From Paramoeba atlantica (taxonomy: Eukaryota; Protista; Discosea): DNA of 64,000 nucleotides. The stretch covers positions 29,013 to 93,012 of the forward strand of contig CDRNVI010000085.1 in NCBI GenBank assembly GCA_977017575.1, in the 5' to 3' direction. Below, one piece after another: positions 55,901-64,000 of this stretch. Below the pieces are notes generated by a model. The model had not been told where the DNA came from and made no database searches. It saw only the letters and a list, made by a program, of their open reading frames with translations. The position numbers and the translations under genes were made by a program. Within the stretch, counting starts at the first letter, position 1; each line of letters starts with the position of its first letter.

Positions 55901-58900
55901 GCGCATCTACGGCAATTCCTTGCTTTTTAATTACATTCAAAACCTTTTCAAGTTCGTCAGAAACGCCGGAAGATTTCGATATTTTCCTATTAAATTATCG
56001 AAGTAAAGCAAAAATTATCGAAGTAAAGTGAAGAAAATATTGTCCTAAGAATCTTCTTCTAAGAAATATTATATGAAATAACGAAACAAAAGTACATTAC
56101 ACGTAAACTTTATGCGTAAAAGTGCAGTATATGCTAAAGATGTATTCAAGATTGCACTGGTTGGTGCGTGCATGAAACACGTTAACCACTGCACACTTCC
56201 TAAAATTCTTTTCGTAAACTCTTAGAATTTCATTTTGTGTGAATATCGTACTTTGTAGAGATCCTATATAAAGTATACGCCCATTCAGGGTAAGGTTTAC
56301 AATAACTATCAAAACATATAGTTGCAGAATAGAATGATATCAACATTCGTTTTGTCGACCTATAATATAAACTTTTTTTTTTTTTTTTTTGTATACTTTT
56401 TTGAGTGCAACACTCCAGCACTGCCGCATCTGCCAACGCGTGAAGTACGAACCTCGTTTTTTTTGTTTGCTCCAATCGTCCAATTAAATTGTCATGCAGT
56501 TTTTACATGAAAATAAGCATGCAGGTCACTCACCCTAGTTGTTTAGTACCTTGTTATGTTTGGTACCGGGCAGTGCCGTAGTTCGATCAAAAAATGTTTT
56601 TTTTTTTCTTTTTTAATATCCTAAAAGAATATGACATTTTTTTTTTTTGATAACCTAATATATTATCCCATACCCCGCGCAGCAGGGAGCTGAGCGTCAA
56701 AGAAAAAAAAAACCTGTGTGGCAGTCACCCTAGTTGTGTAGTACCTTGTTATATTCGGTACCGGATGGTGCCACAATCAAATCGAAACCGGACAGCAATA
56801 AAAGAATCTACAATGTGAAATGTAGAATAAGAAAACATGAAAATAAGCATGCAGGTCACTCACCCTAGTTGTTTAGTACCTTGTTATGTTTGGTACCAGG
56901 TGGTGATAGAATCCATTTCATAAGACAGCAGGAAAAAACAGCAGGAAAAACGAACAAGATCTGGCGTGCAATTCAAGGCGTGCATAATATCTGGCGTGCA
57001 ATATCTGGCGTGCAATATCTGGCGTGCAGTATCTGGCGTGCATAATATCAACAACAGAATGTACTATTTTTGAAGCTTTGACTTGAAGCAAAAGCTAATC
57101 ATAGTCGTAGACCTCCAACCCATTTTTCAGCCTGAATATATTGCCGCAATTGAGAAACTACTGCGTATGCAGAATATTTCTCTAACTCAAGCTGAAAGGC
57201 TTCTCGTGTTGGCGTATAATCTAGACCTGCCCTCTTTGCCAATGTTTTTAGTAGCTGTTTAGTCTCCTCGTGCAAGACCCCACAATCAGTAATCGCAATG
57301 CAACGGAAACTTTCGGGATCTAAGCCTTTCTCCTTCACGTATTTATTATTCTTTCTGTCTTGGGCACTCTGGAGCAAGTCATTGCTACTTTGCTTTCGGT
57401 AGCTACTGCAACACGTATGAACTACGGTTAAATCGTATAAAATTTCACCAACGTCGGGCCACAAGATCGCAAGGTCTGGTCCGGATCTGATTCTACGAGC
57501 TCGGCATGGGTGTTGTTCTGCTGCTTCTGGGGAAATTGAACATTTGCACTTAGTGCAGAAGAATGACGTGTGAATTCGTGGCTCGATTGCACAAGGGATA
57601 TAAACTACCTAAATCAAAACTATACGATAGGGCATCGCGCCTGGCCGGCGCCACCACCCTCTCGCTACTAACTTTCCACCCCTTTCGCGTTATCAGGGTC
57701 TGCCTCGGCATAACAAAGTCGGCTGATTTTGTCCGCAGGGTTACTTTTCGTGCTCACGTACCGCGCATCTACGGCAATTCCTTGCTTTTTAATTACATTC
57801 AAAACCTTTTCAAGTTCGTCAGAAACGCCGGAAGATTTCGATATTTTCCTATTAAATTATCGAAGTAAAGCAAAAATTATCGAAGTAAAGTGAAGAAAAT
57901 ATTGTCCTAAGAATCTTCTTCTAAGAAATATTATATGAAATAACGAAACAAAAGTACATTACACGTAAACTTTATGCGTAAAAGTGCAGTATATGCTAAA
58001 GATGTATTCAAGATTGCACTGGTTGGTGCGTGCATGAAACACGTTAACCACTGCACACTTCCTAAAATTCTTTTCGTAAACTCTTAGAATTTCATTTTGT
58101 GTGAATATCGTACTTTGTAGAGATCCTATATAAAGTATACGCCCATTCAGGGTAAGGTTTACAATAACTATCAAAACATATAGTTGCAGAATAGAATGAT
58201 ATCAACATTCGTTTTGTCGACCTATAATATAAACTTTTTTTTTTTTTTTTTTTGTATACTTTTTTGAGTGCAACACTCCAGCACTGCCGCATCTGCCAAC
58301 GCGTGAAGTACGAACCTCGTTTTTTTTGTTTGCTCCAATCGTCCAATTAAATTGTCATGCAGTTTTTACATGAAAATAAGCATGCAGGTCACTCACCCTA
58401 GTTGTTTAGTACCTTGTTATGTTTGGTACCGGGCAGTGCCGTAGTTCGATCAAAAAATGTTTTTTTTTTTCTTTTTTAATATCCTAAAAGAATATGACAT
58501 TTTTTTTTTTTGATAACCTAATATATTATCCCATACCCCGCGCAGCAGGGAGCTGAGCGTCAAAGAAAAAAAAAACCTGTGTGGCAGTCACCCTAGTTGT
58601 GTAGTACCTTGTTATATTCGGTACCGGATGGTGCCACAATCAAATCGAAACCGGACAGCAATAAAAGAATCTACAATGTGAAATGTAGAATAAGAAAACA
58701 TGAAAATAAGCATGCAGGTCACTCACCCTAGTTGTTTAGTACCTTGTTATGTTTGGTACCAGGTGGTGATAGAATCCATTTCATAAGACAGCAGGAAAAA
58801 ACAGCAGGAAAAACGAACAAGATCTGGCGTGCAATTCAAGGCGTGCATAATATCTGGCGTGCAATATCTGGCGTGCAATATCTGGCGTGCAGTATCTGGC

Positions 58901-61900
58901 GTGCATAATATCAACAACAGAATGTACTATTTTTGAAGCTTTGACTTGAAGCAAAAGCTAATCATAGTCGTAGACCTCCAACCCATTTTTCAGCCTGAAT
59001 ATATTGCCGCAATTGAGAAACTACTGCGTATGCAGAATATTTCTCTAACTCAAGCTGAAAGGCTTCTCGTGTTGGCGTATAATCTAGACCTGCCCTCTTT
59101 GCCAATGTTTTTAGTAGCTGTTTAGTCTCCTCGTGCAAGACCCCACAATCAGTAATCGCAATGCAACGGAAACTTTCGGGATCTAAGCCTTTCTCCTTCA
59201 CGTATTTATTATTCTTTCTGTCTTGGGCACTCTGGAGCAAGTCATTGCTACTTTGCTTTCGGTAGCTACTGCAACACGTATGAACTACGGTTAAATCGTA
59301 TAAAATTTCACCAACGTCGGGCCACAAGATCGCAAGGTCTGGTCCGGATCTGATTCTACGAGCTCGGCATGGGTGTTGTTCTGCTGCTTCTGGGGAAATT
59401 GAACATTTGCACTTAGTGCAGAAGAATGACGTGTGAATTCGTGGCTCGATTGCACAAGGGATATAAACTACCTAAATCAAAACTATACGATAGGGCATCG
59501 CGCCTGGCCGGCGCCACCACCCTCTCGCTACTAACTTTCCACCCCTTTCGCGTTATCAGGGTCTGCCTCGGCATAACAAAGTCGGCTGATTTTGTCCGCA
59601 GGGTTACTTTTCGTGCTCACGTACCGCGCATCTACGGCAATTCCTTGCTTTTTAATTACATTCAAAACCTTTTCAAGTTCGTCAGAAACGCCGGAAGATT
59701 TCGATATTTTCCTATTAAATTATCGAAGTAAAGCAAAAATTATCGAAGTAAAGTGAAGAAAATATTGTCCTAAGAATCTTCTTCTAAGAAATATTATATG
59801 AAATAACGAAACAAAAGTACATTACACGTAAACTTTATGCGTAAAAGTGCAGTATATGCTAAAGATGTATTCAAGATTGCACTGGTTGGTGCGTGCATGA
59901 AACACGTTAACCACTGCACACTTCCTAAAATTCTTTTCGTAAACTCTTAGAATTTCATTTTGTGTGAATATCGTACTTTGTAGAGATCCTATATAAAGTA
60001 TACGCCCATTCAGGGTAAGGTTTACAATAACTATCAAAACATATAGTTGCAGAATAGAATGATATCAACATTCGTTTTGTCGACCTATAATATAAACTTT
60101 TTTTTTTTTTTTTTTTGTATACTTTTTTGAGTGCAACACTCCAGCACTGCCGCATCTGCCAACGCGTGAAGTACGAACCTCGTTTTTTTTGTTTGCTCCA
60201 ATCGTCCAATTAAATTGTCATGCAGTTTTTACATGAAAATAAGCATGCAGGTCACTCACCCTAGTTGTTTAGTACCTTGTTATGTTTGGTACCGGGCAGT
60301 GCCGTAGTTCGATCAAAAAATGTTTTTTTTTTTCTTTTTTAATATCCTAAAAGAATATGACATTTTTTTTTTTTGATAACCTAATATATTATCCCATACC
60401 CCGCGCAGCAGGGAGCTGAGCGTCAAAGAAAAAAAAAACCTGTGTGGCAGTCACCCTAGTTGTGTAGTACCTTGTTATATTCGGTACCGGATGGTGCCAC
60501 AATCAAATCGAAACCGGACAGCAATAAAAGAATCTACAATGTGAAATGTAGAATAAGAAAACATGAAAATAAGCATGCAGGTCACTCACCCTAGTTGTTT
60601 AGTACCTTGTTATGTTTGGTACCAGGTGGTGATAGAATCCATTTCATAAGACAGCAGGAAAAAACAGCAGGAAAAACGAACAAGATCTGGCGTGCAATTC
60701 AAGGCGTGCATAATATCTGGCGTGCAATATCTGGCGTGCAATATCTGGCGTGCAGTATCTGGCGTGCATAATATCAACAACAGAATGTACTATTTTTGAA
60801 GCTTTGACTTGAAGCAAAAGCTAATCATAGTCGTAGACCTCCAACCCATTTTTCAGCCTGAATATATTGCCGCAATTGAGAAACTACTGCGTATGCAGAA
60901 TATTTCTCTAACTCAAGCTGAAAGGCTTCTCGTGTTGGCGTATAATCTAGACCTGCCCTCTTTGCCAATGTTTTTAGTAGCTGTTTAGTCTCCTCGTGCA
61001 AGACCCCACAATCAGTAATCGCAATGCAACGGAAACTTTCGGGATCTAAGCCTTTCTCCTTCACGTATTTATTATTCTTTCTGTCTTGGGCACTCTGGAG
61101 CAAGTCATTGCTACTTTGCTTTCGGTAGCTACTGCAACACGTATGAACTACGGTTAAATCGTATAAAATTTCACCAACGTCGGGCCACAAGATCGCAAGG
61201 TCTGGTCCGGATCTGATTCTACGAGCTCGGCATGGGTGTTGTTCTGCTGCTTCTGGGGAAATTGAACATTTGCACTTAGTGCAGAAGAATGACGTGTGAA
61301 TTCGTGGCTCGATTGCACAAGGGATATAAACTACCTAAATCAAAACTATACGATAGGGCATCGCGCCTGGCCGGCGCCACCACCCTCTCGCTACTAACTT
61401 TCCACCCCTTTCGCGTTATCAGGGTCTGCCTCGGCATAACAAAGTCGGCTGATTTTGTCCGCAGGGTTACTTTTCGTGCTCACGTACCGCGCATCTACGG
61501 CAATTCCTTGCTTTTTAATTACATTCAAAACCTTTTCAAGTTCGTCAGAAACGCCGGAAGATTTCGATATTTTCCTATTAAATTATCGAAGTAAAGCAAA
61601 AATTGAAGTAAAGTGAAGTATTGTCCTAAGAATCTTCTTCTAAGAAATATTATATGAAATAACGAAACAAAAGTACATTACACGTAAACTTTATGCGTAA
61701 AAGTGCAGTATATGCTAAAGATGTATTCAAGATTGCACTGGTTGGTGCGTGCATGAAACACGTTAACCACTGCACACTTCCTAAAATTCTTTTCGTAAAC
61801 TCTTAGAATTTCATTTTGTGTGAATATCGTACTTTGTAGAGATCCTATATAAAGTATACGCCCATTCAGGGTAAGGTTTACAATAACTATCAAAACATAT

Positions 61901-64000
61901 AGTTGCAGAATAGAATGATATCAACATTCGTTTTGTCGACCTATAATATAAACTTTTTTTTTTTTTTTTTTTGTATACTTTTTTGAGTGCAACACTCCAG
62001 CACTGCCGCATCTGCCAACGCGTGAAGTACGAACCTCGTTTTTTTTGTTTGCTCCAATCGTCCAATTAAATTGTCATGCAGTTTTTACATGAAAATAAGC
62101 ATGCAGGTCACTCACCCTAGTTGTTTAGTACCTTGTTATGTTTGGTACCGGGCAGTGCCGTAGTTCGATCAAAAAATGTTTTTTTTTTTCTTTTTTAATA
62201 TCCTAAAAGAATATGACATTTTTTTTTTTTGATAACCTAATATATTATCCCATACCCCGCGCAGCAGGGAGCTGAGCGTCAAAGAAAAAAAAAACCTGTG
62301 TGGCAGTCACCCTAGTTGTGTAGTACCTTGTTATATTCGGTACCGGATGGTGCCACAATCAAATCGAAACCGGACAGCAATAAAAGAATCTACAATGTGA
62401 AATGTAGAATAAGAAAACATGAAAATAAGCATGCAGGTCACTCACCCTAGTTGTTTAGTACCTTGTTATGTTTGGTACCAGGTGGTGATAGAATCCATTT
62501 CATAAGACAGCAGGAAAAAACAGCAGGAAAAACGAACAAGATCTGGCGTGCAATTCAAGGCGTGCATAATATCTGGCGTGCAATATCTGGCGTGCAATAT
62601 CTGGCGTGCAGTATCTGGCGTGCATAATATCAACAACAGAATGTACTATTTTTGAAGCTTTGACTTGAAGCAAAAGCTAATCATAGTCGTAGACCTCCAA
62701 CCCATTTTTCAGCCTGAATATATTGCCGCAATTGAGAAACTACTGCGTATGCAGAATATTTCTCTAACTCAAGCTGAAAGGCTTCTCGTGTTGGCGTATA
62801 ATCTAGACCTGCCCTCTTTGCCAATGTTTTTAGTAGCTGTTTAGTCTCCTCGTGCAAGACCCCACAATCAGTAATCGCAATGCAACGGAAACTTTCGGGA
62901 TCTAAGCCTTTCTCCTTCACGTATTTATTATTCTTTCTGTCTTGGGCACTCTGGAGCAAGTCATTGCTACTTTGCTTTCGGTAGCTACTGCAACACGTAT
63001 GAACTACGGTTAAATCGTATAAAATTTCACCAACGTCGGGCCACAAGATCGCAAGGTCTGGTCCGGATCTGATTCTACGAGCTCGGCATGGGTGTTGTTC
63101 TGCTGCTTCTGGGGAAATTGAACATTTGCACTTAGTGCAGAAGAATGACGTGTGAATTCGTGGCTCGATTGCACAAGGGATATAAACTACCTAAATCAAA
63201 ACTATACGATAGGGCATCGCGCCTGGCCGGCGCCACCACCCTCTCGCTACTAACTTTCCACCCCTTTCGCGTTATCAGGGTCTGCCTCGGCATAACAAAG
63301 TCGGCTGATTTTGTCCGCAGGGTTACTTTTCGTGCTCACGTACCGCGCATCTACGGCAATTCCTTGCTTTTTAATTACATTCAAAACCTTTTCAAGTTCG
63401 TCAGAAACGCCGGAAGATTTCGATATTTTCCTATTAAATTATCGAAGTAAAGCAAAAATTATCGAAGTAAAGTGAAGAAAATATTGTCCTAAGAATCTTC
63501 TTCTAAGAAATATTATATGAAATAACGAAACAAAAGTACATTACACGTAAACTTTATGCGTAAAAGTGCAGTATATGCTAAAGATGTATTCAAGATTGCA
63601 CTGGTTGGTGCGTGCATGAAACACGTTAACCACTGCACACTTCCTAAAATTCTTTTCGTAAACTCTTAGAATTTCATTTTGTGTGAATATCGTACTTTGT
63701 AGAGATCCTATATAAAGTATACGCCCATTCAGGGTAAGGTTTACAATAACTATCAAAACATATAGTTGCAGAATAGAATGATATCAACATTCGTTTTGTC
63801 GACCTATAATATAAACTTTTTTTTTTTTTTTTTTTGTATACTTTTTTGAGTGCAACACTCCAGCACTGCCGCATCTGCCAACGCGTGAAGTACGAACCTC
63901 GTTTTTTTTGTTTGCTCCAATCGTCCAATTAAATTGTCATGCAGTTTTTACATGAAAATAAGCATGCAGGTCACTCACCCTAGTTGTTTAGTACCTTGTT
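43291..64000. repeat. Tandem array of a ~1863-bp composite unit (629-bp satellite + CRE tail): 10 complete tails and an 11th cut by the window edge
   Basis: Identical 121-aa RLE ORFs end at 44653, 47467, 49654, 51517, 53380, 55237, 57099, 58962, 60825 and 62681. Spacings are 2814, 2187 and then 1856-1863. Confidence 0.97.
43927..45151 (-). mobile_element. 5'-truncated CRE tail (B2-like; RLE, 3' UTR, poly(A)19) inserted in the satellite
   Basis: TSD ATATAAAC at 43919-43926 and 45152-45159. Nearly identical to 23068-24236 but retains the true 3' end. Confidence 0.92.

Noticed and set aside
43022-63928. Recurrent 71-, 82/84- and 101-aa ORFs in the satellite
   Set aside because: They span junctions or poly(T) tracts, have no motifs, and recur only because the DNA is repeated.
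1-64000. Canonical TTAGGG telomere tract
   Set aside because: No tandem TTAGGG/CCCTAA run was seen, so a subtelomeric location is not established.

Overview
This is eukaryotic repeat-dense DNA with no host genes. The organism is probably a kinetoplastid or related euglenozoan, inferred from five copies of a spliced-leader (SL)-like exon (full form about AATCTTTAACGATAAAGATACAGTTTCTGTACCTTGTTG) plus a possible 4-nt relic. From 0.6 to 42.8 kb there is a stack of nested retroelements: about 9 CRE-clade (RT + restriction-like endonuclease, RLE) non-LTR elements or fragments, two VIPER/TATE-type tyrosine-recombinase (YR) retrotransposons (one complete, with split direct repeats), an RTE-like LINE and a short element sharing its tail, another short LINE-tail insertion, a TIR element with an 8-bp TSD, and 17-18-bp tandem arrays. 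I could read target-site duplications (TSDs) at most junctions. Removing the inserts by hand restores three uninterrupted ORFs of 1455, 1119 and 1109 aa. The whole 8770-42815 block is bounded by a 7-bp direct repeat inside one unit of a 629-bp satellite. From 42.8 to 64 kb that satellite is amplified as a ~1.86-kb composite unit (satellite unit + 5'-truncated CRE tail). The main signal is that the retroelements integrate as SL-capped, trans-spliced mRNA copies. In the YR element the SL is trapped directly beside an unspliced copy of its own AG acceptor. All junctions and alignments were read by eye; no searches or folding programs were run, and clade names rest on motif recognition.
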